Assembly (NCBI GenBank): GCA_963693055.1
Contig: OY843751.1
Span: 1,824,001-1,888,000 of the forward strand
Source of the DNA: a bacterium
Lineage (GTDB): Bacteria; Zhuqueibacterota; Zhuqueibacteria; Residuimicrobiales; Krinioviventaceae
Reading direction: 5' to 3'
Length of the DNA: 64,000 nt
Shown: piece by piece, positions 1-10,476 of the stretch
Layout: each line of letters begins with the position of its first letter
Numbering within the stretch: the first letter of the stretch is position 1
Made by a program: the position numbers and the translations under genes
Notes under the pieces: model-generated
Database searches by the model: none
Seen by the model: only the letters and a program-made list of their open reading frames with translations
What the model was told of the DNA's origin: nothing

Positions 1-56
1 CCACCAGACCTTCGTTTCTCAGAATAGATAAGCATTAAACAGTACAGGATATTTTT

Positions 57-1259
57 ATGAATCTGAAAAAATATATAGCATTTTTGACTTTGTTATTAAC
101 AGGTTTGTTCTTTACCGGATCCGTTTACGGAGATTCATACTATTCTTCAATTGGAATGGGTATGCCGCATTATTTTGTTTCTCCCAAAGCTGTAGGTATG
201 GGAGGCGCTGGCTTGGGTGTTATGGATAGATTTGCATTAAATTCAATGAATCCGGCAGCTGTTTTTGTTCAAGGTAAAACCTCAATTTCTATCGATTCTT
301 ATATGGAAATGGTTGAAAGTGAATATCATGATCAAAGTTCTGTAACCCGTAATGGTAATCCATCAGGTTTTCATTTCTATGTACCATTACATAAAAGGGT
401 TACTTTTTTAGCTGGTTTAAAAGCTTTAACCCGTGCAAAATATAATTTAGAAATTGATGGACAAACTGATTATGTTGAATACACCCGTTTTGTAAGAGGT
501 TCTGGTGGAATAAGTGCGGGTGTTCTTGGTTTGCAATATTTAATAACAAAAAATTTGGTTTTAGGTGCAAATGCCAAATTTGATTTTGGTAGTTTTAATG
601 AAGAGTGGAAAACTGAATTTAGTGAAGATGCTTATACAGATGCTGCAGATAAATTGACCAGTCATTTGTGGGGAGCTGGTTTTGAGTTGGGTATGTATTT
701 ACTTCCGACAGATTGGTTTTCTTTGGGCATTATTTATCATAGTAAAAGTAAATTGAATGTTGAAGACAATATCACTTTGGGTAGCGCTTTGGTTACTGAT
801 ATTGTAGAATCTACTGCAAATTATCCCCAGGCATTGGGTATTGGAACTTCGGTTTCAATGAAAAAGGTCCAATTTGCATTCGATGTATATACACAGTTCT
901 GGGACCAATTTGAATTAGATGGAATTGTTGCAAAAGAATTTAATAATTTTACCCGCATTGGCGGTGGTATGGAATACAGAGATTCACGCAGCTATCTTGA
1001 CGCGTATCATAGACGAATTGCTTACAGATTGGGTGGTTATTTTAGTCAATTACCATATACAGATGTTGATGGCTCAACTGTGAACGAGTTGTTTGCAACG
1101 GCTGGTTTAGGATTTCCTTTTTTCGGTGGTACCGGTCAACTCGACTTTGCAATTGAATATGGTAAACGAAGCGGTAATAACGTAGGATATAGCGAAAATG
1201 TACTACGTTTTTCTGCAAGCTTTAGTGGTTCTGAACTGTGGTTCCAAAGACGTCGTTAA
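57..1259 (+). CDS. Outer-membrane beta-barrel protein, FadL/PorV-like
   Basis: Signal peptide; N-terminal SYYSSIGMG...GMGGAG...NPAA plug motif typical of the FadL family; alternating aromatic beta-strands. Confidence 0.65.
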   Translation: MNLKKYIAFLTLLLTGLFFTGSVYGDSYYSSIGMGMPHYFVSPKAVGMGGAGLGVMDRFALNSMNPAAVFVQGKTSISIDSYMEMVESEYHDQSSVTRNGNPSGFHFYVPLHKRVTFLAGLKALTRAKYNLEIDGQTDYVEYTRFVRGSGGISAGVLGLQYLITKNLVLGANAKFDFGSFNEEWKTEFSEDAYTDAADKLTSHLWGAGFELGMYLLPTDWFSLGIIYHSKSKLNVEDNITLGSALVTDIVESTANYPQALGIGTSVSMKKVQFAFDVYTQFWDQFELDGIVAKEFNNFTRIGGGMEYRDSRSYLDAYHRRIAYRLGGYFSQLPYTDVDGSTVNELFATAGLGFPFFGGTGQLDFAIEYGKRSGNNVGYSENVLRFSASFSGSELWFQRRR

Positions 1260-1285
1260 TTCCTCAATTTCAGTTAAAAAATGAC

Positions 1286-1314
1286 TTGATTTTTACTCTT
1301 GATTTGACTAAAAT
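1286..1314 (+). promoter_or_regulatory. Putative sigma70 promoter
   Basis: TTGATT-N17-TAAAAT upstream of SD GAGGAGG and the GTG start at 1384. Confidence 0.5.
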
Positions 1315-1383
1315 TACATGATATTTTTGTGATTGAATTGCTAGTTATTGGTTTATATTTAAAATTTACGAGGAGGTACCACG

Positions 1384-2658
1384 GTGCTTGAAAAAGGCAA
1401 ACTTTATTATGGAATCAGTTTTGTGGCTTTGTTTCTCATGTTACTCATTGCTGCAGCATCCATGATGACAGGTTGTACACCTGCGCAACAGACTGTTCAA
1501 ATCAGCCCTGAAAGACAAAAAGCCATTCAAGATTCATTAGATAAAGCTTATCGCCATCAATTGGATTTGAATTTCAGTATTGGCCGCGAACATCAGAAAA
1601 ATGGAAATCATAAAGATTCTATCAAACCATACTGGAAAGTTGTAGAATTAGATACCATAGATCGCTTTCCTGATATTTACACCTTTTTGGGTGACTGTTA
1701 TATGAAGCTCGACAAACCGGATAGTGCATTGATTGTATTTAAAATGGGTACCGAGCGCGCTCCTCAAAAAATACACAATCATAGAATGACTGCTTATTTG
1801 AGTATTCCTTTGGGTGACAATGAAACTGCTATTCAGGAATATAATAAAACCATCGAGTTGGATCCTGATAATCTTTCTGATTATAAAGCTCTTGGAACAT
1901 TATTGTTACAGGAAAATATGTTAGAAGATGCTTTGGAAATTTATAACAAGATTCTTGAACTGTCACCTCAGGATGCTGAAGCTGCTGATACAAAAACCCG
2001 TATCATGTCTTCACTTGGATTTGATGATTATGATATTATAGATGCTAAAAAAGAAGCATTGGCTACAAATACTACAGATACACAGTTAATGAGTGAAATA
2101 GCAGACAAATATTTTAAACTGGCAGAATACCAGAATGCTTTGGAATATTATAATATGTACCTGGCAATTAAATCTGATGATGAACGCGTTCTGGAATATG
2201 CAGGAAGTTGTTATCAGAATATGACTCAGTACAAAGATGCAATTGATGTATATGAAAAAGTACTGGCAATAAATCCTGAGCATAAAAAAGTATTGTGTGA
2301 AATGGGTGTATGTTACAAAGAACTGAAACAGTTTGTTAAGGCTCGTGCTATGGCAAATAAGGCTGTTGCAGTAGATTCTGAATATGGTTTAGCATATATG
2401 GTCCGTGGATTAACCTATGAAGCATGTGCTGATGAATGTATTGGTAAACGTGAAAAACGCGTTTCCAAGATTGATGATAAATTAGTATATAAACTGGCTT
2501 ATGATGAATACCAAAAAGCTGCCAAAGATGTCATGTTTTCAGATCAGGCACGTAATCGCATGAACTATATTAAACCTGAAATTCCTTCTCAGGAAGATTT
2601 GTTCATGTACCCGAACAAAAAGAAAGCAGAACTTGACTGCTATAAATGGATATATTAA
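1384..2658 (+). CDS. Tetratricopeptide-repeat lipoprotein
   Basis: Hydrophobic segment plus lipobox-like MTGC; many TPR motifs (A..Y.K..E..P). Confidence 0.8.
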   Translation: MLEKGKLYYGISFVALFLMLLIAAASMMTGCTPAQQTVQISPERQKAIQDSLDKAYRHQLDLNFSIGREHQKNGNHKDSIKPYWKVVELDTIDRFPDIYTFLGDCYMKLDKPDSALIVFKMGTERAPQKIHNHRMTAYLSIPLGDNETAIQEYNKTIELDPDNLSDYKALGTLLLQENMLEDALEIYNKILELSPQDAEAADTKTRIMSSLGFDDYDIIDAKKEALATNTTDTQLMSEIADKYFKLAEYQNALEYYNMYLAIKSDDERVLEYAGSCYQNMTQYKDAIDVYEKVLAINPEHKKVLCEMGVCYKELKQFVKARAMANKAVAVDSEYGLAYMVRGLTYEACADECIGKREKRVSKIDDKLVYKLAYDEYQKAAKDVMFSDQARNRMNYIKPEIPSQEDLFMYPNKKKAELDCYKWIY

Positions 2659-2680
2659 TATCAGATTGAGTTGATTTTAT

Positions 2681-2710
2681 CAGGAGGGCCAATGCCCTCC
2701 TGTTTTTTTT
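2681..2710 (+). terminator. Intrinsic terminator
   Basis: CAGGAGGGC-caat-GCCCTCCTG followed by T8. Confidence 0.75.
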
Positions 2711-2730
2711 GGCAAGTAATGGAGATTTAC

Positions 2731-3171
2731 ATGACAATTGCTATCGGTTCGGATCACGCCGGTTTTGATCTCAAACAAGAAGTTATAAAATATTTACAAG
2801 AACTAGAGTTTAATGTAGAAGATTTTGGTACTTATTCTGCTGAACGTGTTGATTACCCTGATTATGCTATCAAAGTAGCACACAGTGTTACTTCTGGTGA
2901 AAATCAGTTTGGTATTCTGGTTTGCGGCTCGGGAATAGGTATTTCAATTACAGCAAACAAGGTTAGGGGAATCCGTGCAGCACTTTGTTGTTCGGAATAT
3001 ATGGCGGAAATGGCACGTAAACATAATAACGCCAATATACTTGCCATGGGTGGTCGTACGACTTCTCCCGAACTTGCAAAAAAAATTATTGATGTATTTT
3101 TCTCAACAGAGTTTGAGGGAGGTCGTCATTTAACGCGTGTTAATAAAATACATACATTAACCGGGAAATAA
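2731..3171 (+). CDS. rpiB: Ribose-5-phosphate isomerase B
   Basis: [29 protein letters not shown] motifs; start moved to ATG 2731 after GGAG. Confidence 0.95.
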   Translation: MTIAIGSDHAGFDLKQEVIKYLQELEFNVEDFGTYSAERVDYPDYAIKVAHSVTSGENQFGILVCGSGIGISITANKVRGIRAALCCSEYMAEMARKHNNANILAMGGRTTSPELAKKIIDVFFSTEFEGGRHLTRVNKIHTLTGK

Positions 3172-3175
3172 TATA

Positions 3176-4465
3176 ATGAACAGTTTAGATTTGTTGCAGT
3201 CCTTTGATCCTCAAGTTTATAATGCGATTAAAGATGAAACTGAACGACAGAATCAAAAACTTGAATTGATTGCGTCAGAAAATTTTGTAAGCGTGCAGGT
3301 AATGCAGGCTATGGGTCAGGTAATGACCAATAAATATGCGGAAGGATATCCCGCAAAACGATATTATGGTGGTTGTGAATATGTAGACGTGGTAGAAGAT
3401 CTGGCTCGTGAGCGAGCAATGAAATTGTTTAATGCAGAACATGTTAACGTACAACCGCATTCAGGCTCACAAGCAAATATCGCCGCGTATTTCACATTTT
3501 TGAAACCTGGTGATAAAGTAATGGGTATGGATTTATCTCATGGTGGTCATCTTACTCATGGCAGCCCCGCAAATTTTTCCGGTAAATTGTTTGATATAGT
3601 CAGTTATGGTGTAGATAAAAGCGGTTATATTGACATGGACCAGATGGAAAAAATTGCTTTAAAAGAAAAACCCAAAATGATCATAACAGGTGCAAGCGCG
3701 TATTCACGTGAAATTGATTATGCTGGCTTTCGTGCAATTGCAGACAAGGTTGGCGCTAAACTCATGTCAGATATTGCTCACCCGGCTGGATTGATAGCTG
3801 CCGGATTAATTAAAAGTCCTGTTCCTCATTGTCACATTGTTACTACTACCACCCATAAAACTCTTCGCGGACCCCGTGGTGGAATGATCCTTATTGGTAA
3901 AGATGAAGAAAATGATTTAGGATTAACCACATTAAAGGGTAGAGTTAAAAAAGTATCCGAAATTGTAGATTCAAACGTTTTCCCCGGTTTTCAGGGTGGT
4001 CCTTTGATGCATGTAATTGCAGCCAAAGCTGTTGCTTTTAAAGAAGCATTGCAGGATGATTTTGTTGAATATCAAAAACAAGTAATTAAAAATGCTCAGG
4101 CCTTAGCCAAAGCATTACAAGATAAAGATTATAATATTGTTTCAGGTGGTACAGATACACATGTAATGCTTATAGATCTTCGTAACCATAATCTTACAGG
4201 TAAAGTTGCGGAAAAAGTATTAGAAGATGCTGGTATTACCGTAAATAAAAACATGGTACCCTTTGATGACCAAAGTCCCTTTGTTACAAGTGGTATCAGG
4301 CTGGGCACACCGGCTTTGACAACGCGTGGCATGAAAGAGGATGCCATGGTCGAAATTGCAGGTATGATAGACACAGTATTACTTGATGTTGAAAACGAAT
4401 CAACTATGAGTAAAATTCGCAGCCAGGTGAATGATTTGTGTGATCGTTACCCCCTGTATTCGTAA
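3176..4465 (+). CDS. glyA: Serine hydroxymethyltransferase
   Basis: [28 protein letters not shown] motifs. Confidence 0.98.
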   Translation: MNSLDLLQSFDPQVYNAIKDETERQNQKLELIASENFVSVQVMQAMGQVMTNKYAEGYPAKRYYGGCEYVDVVEDLARERAMKLFNAEHVNVQPHSGSQANIAAYFTFLKPGDKVMGMDLSHGGHLTHGSPANFSGKLFDIVSYGVDKSGYIDMDQMEKIALKEKPKMIITGASAYSREIDYAGFRAIADKVGAKLMSDIAHPAGLIAAGLIKSPVPHCHIVTTTTHKTLRGPRGGMILIGKDEENDLGLTTLKGRVKKVSEIVDSNVFPGFQGGPLMHVIAAKAVAFKEALQDDFVEYQKQVIKNAQALAKALQDKDYNIVSGGTDTHVMLIDLRNHNLTGKVAEKVLEDAGITVNKNMVPFDDQSPFVTSGIRLGTPALTTRGMKEDAMVEIAGMIDTVLLDVENESTMSKIRSQVNDLCDRYPLYS

Positions 4466-4511
4466 TTATTCTCCCCATTGCGGGAACACCATAAAACGGG
4501 CCTAATGTGAC

Positions 4512-4958
4512 ATGAGATGTCCATTCTGTAATTATCATGATACAAAGGTAATAGATTCTCGTACCCGCGACGGAGGGCGATCTATTCGTCGTCGTCGTGA
4601 GTGCCTGAAATGTAGACGACGCTTTACTACCCGCGAACAAGTCGATGAAATTCCCTTATGGATCATAAAACAGGACGGACGCCGTGAAGAATTTGACCGT
4701 GCAAAAATTTTGCATGGACTTCAAGTAGCTTGCGCAAAGCGGCCTGTTTCAATATCTACAATTGAGCAACTGGTCAATAAAATTGAATATGATTTTAGAG
4801 ACCAGGGAGTTGAAGAAGTTGATTCTTCCGTAATTGGGCAATTGATTATGGATGCTTTAAAAGAACTCGATGAAGTTGCTTATGTTCGTTTTGCTTCGGT
4901 TTATAGAAATTTTCAGGCCAAAGAAGAATTTCTTGATGAATTGAAGCAGTTAAAATAA
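4512..4958 (+). CDS. nrdR: Transcriptional repressor NrdR
   Basis: MRCPFC...VIDSR...RRRREC..C Zn ribbon, ATP cone, AYVRFASVY. Confidence 0.97.
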   Translation: MRCPFCNYHDTKVIDSRTRDGGRSIRRRRECLKCRRRFTTREQVDEIPLWIIKQDGRREEFDRAKILHGLQVACAKRPVSISTIEQLVNKIEYDFRDQGVEEVDSSVIGQLIMDALKELDEVAYVRFASVYRNFQAKEEFLDELKQLK

Positions 4959-4990
4959 CTGGCCAGGTTTTTTAAAATAAAAATTTTGGA

Positions 4991-6331
4991 GTGATTTTGG
5001 GATTGTTTAATTCAAATTCTTTTTCCGGTGGCATTCATCCTCCCGAAAAAAAGAACACATCAAAAAAACAGATTGAAAAATGTCCCATTCCTAAAGAGGT
5101 TATTATCCCCGTTCAACAGCATATTGGTGCTCCGTCAAAACCTATTGTTGAAAAAGGAGATTCAGTTCTTGTAGGTCAACCTATTTCTGAAGCTGGCGGT
5201 TTTGTTTCTGTTCCGTCTCATGCTTCAATATCAGGTACAGTTAAAGCTGTAGAAGAACGGCCTCATCCATTGGGTACACCCGTATTGTCTGTAGTGATAG
5301 AGAGTGATGGCGAAGATAACTGGGAGCCGTCAATAGCTCCTCAGGAAAATTATCTGGAGCTCGATAAAAATGAAATGATAACCCGAATTCAATCTGCAGG
5401 TATTGCAGGTATGGGCGGTGCTACATTTCCTACGCATGTAAAGTTGAGCCCTCCACCAGACAAGCCCATTAATACTTTGATATTAAATGGTGTTGAATGT
5501 GAGCCATATTTAACTTCAGATCACCGGGTAATGCTTGAAGAACCCGAAAAAGTTTTAAAAGGTATTCAGATTTTAACCAAAATCCTTGGATGCAGCCGTA
5601 CGGTAATTGGAATTGAAAGCAATAAACCCGATGCTGTCAAACTGATGAAAAAAATGTCTGCAGATATGGGACTTGACTATGAAGTGATCTCGCTCCATGT
5701 TAAATATCCCCAGGGAGCTGAAAAGCAGTTGATTAAAGCGGTAACAGGCAAATTTGTACCTGCAGGCGGACTTCCTATGGATGTTGGTTGTGTGGTGCAA
5801 AATGTGGGTACAGCAGCAGCCGTGTATGATGCTGTTGCACTGAAAAAGCCGCTTGTTGAAAGGGTTGTTACTGTTACGGGAAACGGAATTTCTGAGGCTA
5901 AAAATATACTTGTACGCATTGGTACCCCCTATACTGATGTTTTTGAATATTGCGGTGGTATTAAAGAAAATGCCGGAAAATTAATTCTTGGTGGCCCCAT
6001 GATGGGTCTCGCACAGTCTTCTATGGATGCCCCAGTGATCAAGGGAACATCTGGTTTGTTAGTATTAGATGAAAAAGAAAGCAAACGTCGACAGGTTACT
6101 GCATGTATTTCCTGTGCTCGATGTGTTGATGTGTGCCCCATGGGTTTAATGCCCAAAACAATTGCCGGTTTTGTGAAAAACGACCGCTTTGATGATGCCA
6201 AAAAATATAATGTGATGGATTGTATAGAGTGCGGTTCTTGTGCATATGTATGCCCTGCTCATATTAACCTTGTGCATTTAATTAAATACGGAAAATCTCA
6301 GGTATTAAAACAAATTAAAAAAGCCGGTTAA
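4991..6331 (+). CDS. rnfC: Rnf electron transport complex subunit C
   Basis: GGIHP, QHIGAP, GMGGA.FPT, ECEPYLT.D, two C-terminal 4Fe-4S motifs. Confidence 0.95.
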   Translation: MILGLFNSNSFSGGIHPPEKKNTSKKQIEKCPIPKEVIIPVQQHIGAPSKPIVEKGDSVLVGQPISEAGGFVSVPSHASISGTVKAVEERPHPLGTPVLSVVIESDGEDNWEPSIAPQENYLELDKNEMITRIQSAGIAGMGGATFPTHVKLSPPPDKPINTLILNGVECEPYLTSDHRVMLEEPEKVLKGIQILTKILGCSRTVIGIESNKPDAVKLMKKMSADMGLDYEVISLHVKYPQGAEKQLIKAVTGKFVPAGGLPMDVGCVVQNVGTAAAVYDAVALKKPLVERVVTVTGNGISEAKNILVRIGTPYTDVFEYCGGIKENAGKLILGGPMMGLAQSSMDAPVIKGTSGLLVLDEKESKRRQVTACISCARCVDVCPMGLMPKTIAGFVKNDRFDDAKKYNVMDCIECGSCAYVCPAHINLVHLIKYGKSQVLKQIKKAG

Positions 6332-6369
6332 CTCTGAATTTTTTGCTAAAGGAAAGACGAGTCTTTTAG

Positions 6370-7404
6370 ATGGAAAAGAAATTTTTTGTATCAAGTTCTC
6401 CTCATGTATTTGACAAGGAATCTACATCCAAAATTATGTTTACAGTTAACCTGTCACTGGTGCCTGCTGGCATTGGTGCTGTTTACTTTTTTGGATTGCG
6501 CGCATTGTGTATTATTTTGATTGGTATTGCAACTGCCGTTGTGACCGAAGCATTAATGAACAAGATGATGAAAAAGCCGCAAACTATTTCTGATGGTAGT
6601 GCAATATTAACAGGTTTATTACTTGCTTATAATGTGTCTGCTCAGGTACCTTTATGGATGCCGGCAGTGGGCTCCTTTTTTGCCATTGCGGTAGGAAAGA
6701 TGGTATTTGGCGGTTTGGGATTTAATCCCATGAACCCGGCCCTACTGGGTCGTGCATTTTTGCTTGCGTCGTGGCCTACACATATGACCATTTTTGATAA
6801 AACTATACCCAAAGGTGGCACGGTTTCAGGTATTGATATGATGACCCAGGCAACCCCGTTAAATGTTTTAAAGCAATCCCGTCAGGTCTTGTTAAACGCT
6901 TCAGATTACCCCGTTGATAAATTTACCCAGGCGCATGATGCGATAAGCCAACTGTCAGATTCCATAGGGAATTTGTTCTTTGGACGAATTGGTGGCTGTT
7001 TGGGTGAGACTTCAGCTATTTTGTTATTAATTGGTGCTGCTATTCTGATGTATAAACGTTACATTGGTTGGAAAATTCCTTTCAGTTATATTGGTACAGT
7101 TGCCTTGTTGAGTTGGATTTTTGGCGGGACCGATGGCCTGTTTACAGGTAATGCATTGTTCCATGTAATGTCTGGCGGATTGATTCTTGGCGCCTTTTTT
7201 ATGGCAACTGATATGGTAACTTCTCCGGTTACATTTTGGGGACGTATTTATTTCGGAATTGGCTGTGGTGTAATTACGGTTTTAATTCGTCTTGTTGGCG
7301 GGTATCCCGAAGGTGTTTCTTATTCTATATTGTTAATGAACTTGATGACCCCACTGCTTGACCGCTGGACTCGACCCAAAGTTTTTGGAGGTGCAAAAGC
7401 ATGA
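6370..7404 (+). CDS. rnfD: Rnf complex subunit D
   Basis: SSSPH, FGGLG.N..NPAL, QATPL FMN site, GGYPEGV. Confidence 0.95.
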   Translation: MEKKFFVSSSPHVFDKESTSKIMFTVNLSLVPAGIGAVYFFGLRALCIILIGIATAVVTEALMNKMMKKPQTISDGSAILTGLLLAYNVSAQVPLWMPAVGSFFAIAVGKMVFGGLGFNPMNPALLGRAFLLASWPTHMTIFDKTIPKGGTVSGIDMMTQATPLNVLKQSRQVLLNASDYPVDKFTQAHDAISQLSDSIGNLFFGRIGGCLGETSAILLLIGAAILMYKRYIGWKIPFSYIGTVALLSWIFGGTDGLFTGNALFHVMSGGLILGAFFMATDMVTSPVTFWGRIYFGIGCGVITVLIRLVGGYPEGVSYSILLMNLMTPLLDRWTRPKVFGGAKA

Positions 7405-7973
7405 ATGATATTCTAAAACTGGGCGGAATTTTAATGCTGTTTACTGCTATTTCCGCTTCCAGTCTTGCAGGTATATATTCTATTACCAAACCGCGAATTG
7501 AATTAAAAAAACAGCAGGAAATTGAAAACGCGCTGTCTCTCGCAATTCCTACTGCAGACAAAGATGTGATCAAACCTGTTTATGACGATGAGACCATAGT
7601 ATACTATACGGGTTATACCACACCCGATACATCAGAAATTGCCGGCTATGCTTTTGTTGCCTATGGACCCGGTTATTCAAGCACAATTGAAACCATGGTT
7701 GGTGTTGATCAAGCCGGTAAAATTATTGGGCTAAAAGTATTGTCACAAACCGAAACTCCCGGTCTGGGTACCAAAGTAGAAGAAATCAAGTACGGAGATG
7801 ATGATCCTTGGTTTTCAAGGCAGTTTATTGGTAAATCTGCCCAGTCTCTTGCAGTTGACAAGGATGGTGGTGAAATAAACAGTATCACCGGAGCTACCAT
7901 TTCTTCACGCGCGTTAACCAATTCCGTGGTCAGCGGATACGATGAATTTTTGAAAAAAATTCAAGCCAACTAG
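7401..7973 (+). CDS. rnfG: Rnf complex subunit G
   Basis: N-terminal TM segment, ETPGLG, ITGATISS FMN-binding motif. Confidence 0.93.
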   Translation: MNDILKLGGILMLFTAISASSLAGIYSITKPRIELKKQQEIENALSLAIPTADKDVIKPVYDDETIVYYTGYTTPDTSEIAGYAFVAYGPGYSSTIETMVGVDQAGKIIGLKVLSQTETPGLGTKVEEIKYGDDDPWFSRQFIGKSAQSLAVDKDGGEINSITGATISSRALTNSVVSGYDEFLKKIQAN

Positions 7974-8003
7974 ATCAGAAACAGGCGAGAAATAGAGGAA
8001 TAT

Positions 8004-8597
8004 ATGTCAGCATTAAAATCATTAACCAACGGATTGTATTCAGAAAATCCGGTATTCAAACAGGCTTTGGGACTTTGTCCCACTTTGGCGGTGAGCAGTT
8101 CCGTTTTGAATGGAATTGGTATGGGCGCTGCCGCAACTTTTGTTTTGATTTGTTCAAACATGATTATTTCCATGATCCGTAAAATTGTTCCCGCGAAAAT
8201 CAGAATCCCAATCTATATTGTAGTTATTGCTACATTTGTTACAATGATTGATCTGTCAATGGCCGGATTTTTACCGGACCTTCACAAATCATTAGGGATT
8301 TTTGTACCCCTGATTGTTGTAAACTGTATTATTTTGGGGCGTGCCGAAGCATATGCAAGTAAAAACAATGTCGGCAAATCCATTCTGGATGGTATCGGTA
8401 TGGGAGTTGGATTTACATTGGCTCTGGTACTTTTGGGCTCCATCCGTGAATTGTTGGGCAATGGCAGTCTTTTGGGTTTTCCTATAATGAGCGCTTCATT
8501 TGAACCGGTATTGATTTTTATTTTACCTCCGGGAGCTTTTTTGACTATTGGTTTTGTAATGGGATTTTTTAACTGGCTTGAAGGCCGCAAGGCATAA
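8004..8597 (+). CDS. rnfE: Rnf complex subunit E
   Basis: ENP...LGLCPTLAV, PLIVVNCIILGRAE. Confidence 0.95.
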   Translation: MSALKSLTNGLYSENPVFKQALGLCPTLAVSSSVLNGIGMGAAATFVLICSNMIISMIRKIVPAKIRIPIYIVVIATFVTMIDLSMAGFLPDLHKSLGIFVPLIVVNCIILGRAEAYASKNNVGKSILDGIGMGVGFTLALVLLGSIRELLGNGSLLGFPIMSASFEPVLIFILPPGAFLTIGFVMGFFNWLEGRKA

Positions 8598-8606
8598 GAG
8601 GGTATA

Positions 8607-9236
8607 ATGGAACTCAGAATGTTATTTGTAATTGTTATTAGTGCAATATTTATTAACAATTTTATTTTTTCAAGATTTTTAGGGATCTGTCCTTATATTG
8701 GTGTATCAAAACAATTAGATTCTGCGGTAGGTATGGGTGCAGCTGTTACCTTTGTGATGTCTTTGGCTTCTATGGTAACCTGGTTAATCTTTCGTTATTT
8801 GCTTGCACCGGTTGAAACCAATGTGTTTTATCACATGTTTTCAATGGAACAGCCCCCAGATTTAACCTTTCTCAGAACTATTGCTTTTATTCTGGTCATT
8901 GCATCGCTTGTGCAATTTGTTGAAATGGTGATTCAAAAAACCAGCCCTGCTTTGTATAAATCTTTGGGTATTTTCTTACCTTTGATTACAACCAACTGTG
9001 CTATTCTGGGTGTAGCTCTGTTAAATATTGATGAAAATTATGGATTTATAGAAAGTGTAGTACATGGTATTGCTGCGGGTGTTGGTTTTACCCTGGCCCT
9101 GGTGTTGATGGCGGGAATACGTGAAAAGCTCGAACTGGCAGATATTCCCAAACCTTTACAGGGAATTCCTATTGCGTTTATTGTTGCAGGTTTAATGGCT
9201 ATAGCATTTTTAGGGTTCTCTGGTCTAAAATTGTAA
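8607..9236 (+). CDS. rnfA: Rnf complex subunit A
   Basis: [24 protein letters not shown]. Confidence 0.95.
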   Translation: MELRMLFVIVISAIFINNFIFSRFLGICPYIGVSKQLDSAVGMGAAVTFVMSLASMVTWLIFRYLLAPVETNVFYHMFSMEQPPDLTFLRTIAFILVIASLVQFVEMVIQKTSPALYKSLGIFLPLITTNCAILGVALLNIDENYGFIESVVHGIAAGVGFTLALVLMAGIREKLELADIPKPLQGIPIAFIVAGLMAIAFLGFSGLKL

Positions 9237-9255
9237 TTTTGTATGTTTTAAAAAC

Positions 9256-9284
9256 TTGATTTTGTAAACATTTTTCTCTAAGTT
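9256..9284 (+). promoter_or_regulatory. Putative sigma70 promoter for tatC
   Basis: TTGATT-N17-TAAGTT. Confidence 0.4.
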
Positions 9285-9320
9285 AGCCTCTTGCGTTTTC
9301 AAGAGGCTTGTTTTTTATTT
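9285..9320 (+). terminator. Intrinsic terminator after the rnf operon
   Basis: AGCCTCTTG-cgtttt-CAAGAGGCT followed by TGTTTTTTATTT. Confidence 0.7.
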
Positions 9321-9339
9321 ACTAAAAGCGAATCAAAAG

Positions 9340-10467
9340 ATGACAGACGAAAAAAATAAAGACAAAAAAAATCAAAAAGAACAGGATAATACTGAAAATC
9401 AGAATACTGAAAATCAGAATACTGAAGATCAGAATACTGAAAATAGTAATGAACCTGATTCCGGAAAAGAAGAGAAAATCGATACAGACCGCGAGCAGGA
9501 TGCATTCAAAGAACCTGCCGGTTATGAAGATTATTATGATGCGGATGATGTTGATTATGATCCAATGACTGAATCACATACATCACGATCTGACCGACAT
9601 CCTGATGAAGAGCCCTTTGATGAGGAAGTTGATAAAGAAGGAAAACAGGTAGACGACAAGCAGGATGACTCTAAACCACCAACGTCAGATGATAACGATG
9701 ACGATGACTATGATGATGATGATGACGACGACGATGAAGATGGGGAAGGGAAAATGCCATTCCTTGATCATCTGGAAGAGTTGCGTTGGACAATTTTACG
9801 TAGTCTGGTTGCTGTCCTGGTTGGTGCTATTGTATGTTGGTTTTTCTCTGAACAAATCATCACATTGTTACGCAGACCCGGCCCCAAAGATATGGAATTG
9901 ATCTTTTTGTCACCTACAGAAGGTTTTATGACCTACATCAAAGTGGCAATATACGCGGGTATTGTTGTAGCTTTTCCCTATATCGCTTACCAATTCTGGA
10001 AATTTATTGTACCGGGCTTGTTGGAAAAAGAAAAAAAATTTGTACCACATATTGCATTCTTTACAACACTCTGTTTTATGGTTGGAGCCACCTTTGCCTA
10101 TATGGTAATTATTCCTTTCGGTCTTCGTTTCCTTTTGGGATTTGAAACCAGTTTTTTGCAAGCCAATATAACAATTGGTAAATATTTAGGTTTTGTAATT
10201 ACAATTATTCTTGTTTTTGGTGCTGTATTTGAACTTCCTGTCATGTCTTTCTTTTTAACTCATATTGGCATTATTACGCCTGATTTTTTGAGAAATAACA
10301 GAAGATATGGTATTGTGATTATATTTATTATGGCTGCAGTATTAACACCTCCTGATATTTTTACCCAGTTAATGCTTGCAGGCCCCTTGATTCTTTTATA
10401 TGAAATTAGCATTTGGGTATCTCGTTCTGTATATAAAAAGAAAGTCAAAGCTGAAGAAGCTGGTTGA
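9340..10467 (+). CDS. tatC: Twin-arginine translocase TatC with long acidic N-terminal extension
   Basis: MPFLDHLEELR, W.FI.PGL...EK, FELP, LTPPD motifs, starting at about residue 139. Confidence 0.93.
   Translation: MTDEKNKDKKNQKEQDNTENQNTENQNTEDQNTENSNEPDSGKEEKIDTDREQDAFKEPAGYEDYYDADDVDYDPMTESHTSRSDRHPDEEPFDEEVDKEGKQVDDKQDDSKPPTSDDNDDDDYDDDDDDDDEDGEGKMPFLDHLEELRWTILRSLVAVLVGAIVCWFFSEQIITLLRRPGPKDMELIFLSPTEGFMTYIKVAIYAGIVVAFPYIAYQFWKFIVPGLLEKEKKFVPHIAFFTTLCFMVGATFAYMVIIPFGLRFLLGFETSFLQANITIGKYLGFVITIILVFGAVFELPVMSFFLTHIGIITPDFLRNNRRYGIVIIFIMAAVLTPPDIFTQLMLAGPLILLYEISIWVSRSVYKKKVKAEEAG
9388..9447 (+). repeat. Four 15-bp coding tandem repeats (AATACTGAAAATCAG; NTENQ)
   Basis: Units at 9388, 9403, 9418 and 9433; the last two carry a few substitutions. 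Confidence 0.9.
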
Positions 10468-10476
10468 TAGACAAAT

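Noticed and set aside
9665-9901. Met/Thr-rich ORF (MTMTMTMMMMM)
   Set aside because: Alternate-frame reading of the GAT/GAC poly-Asp tract in tatC
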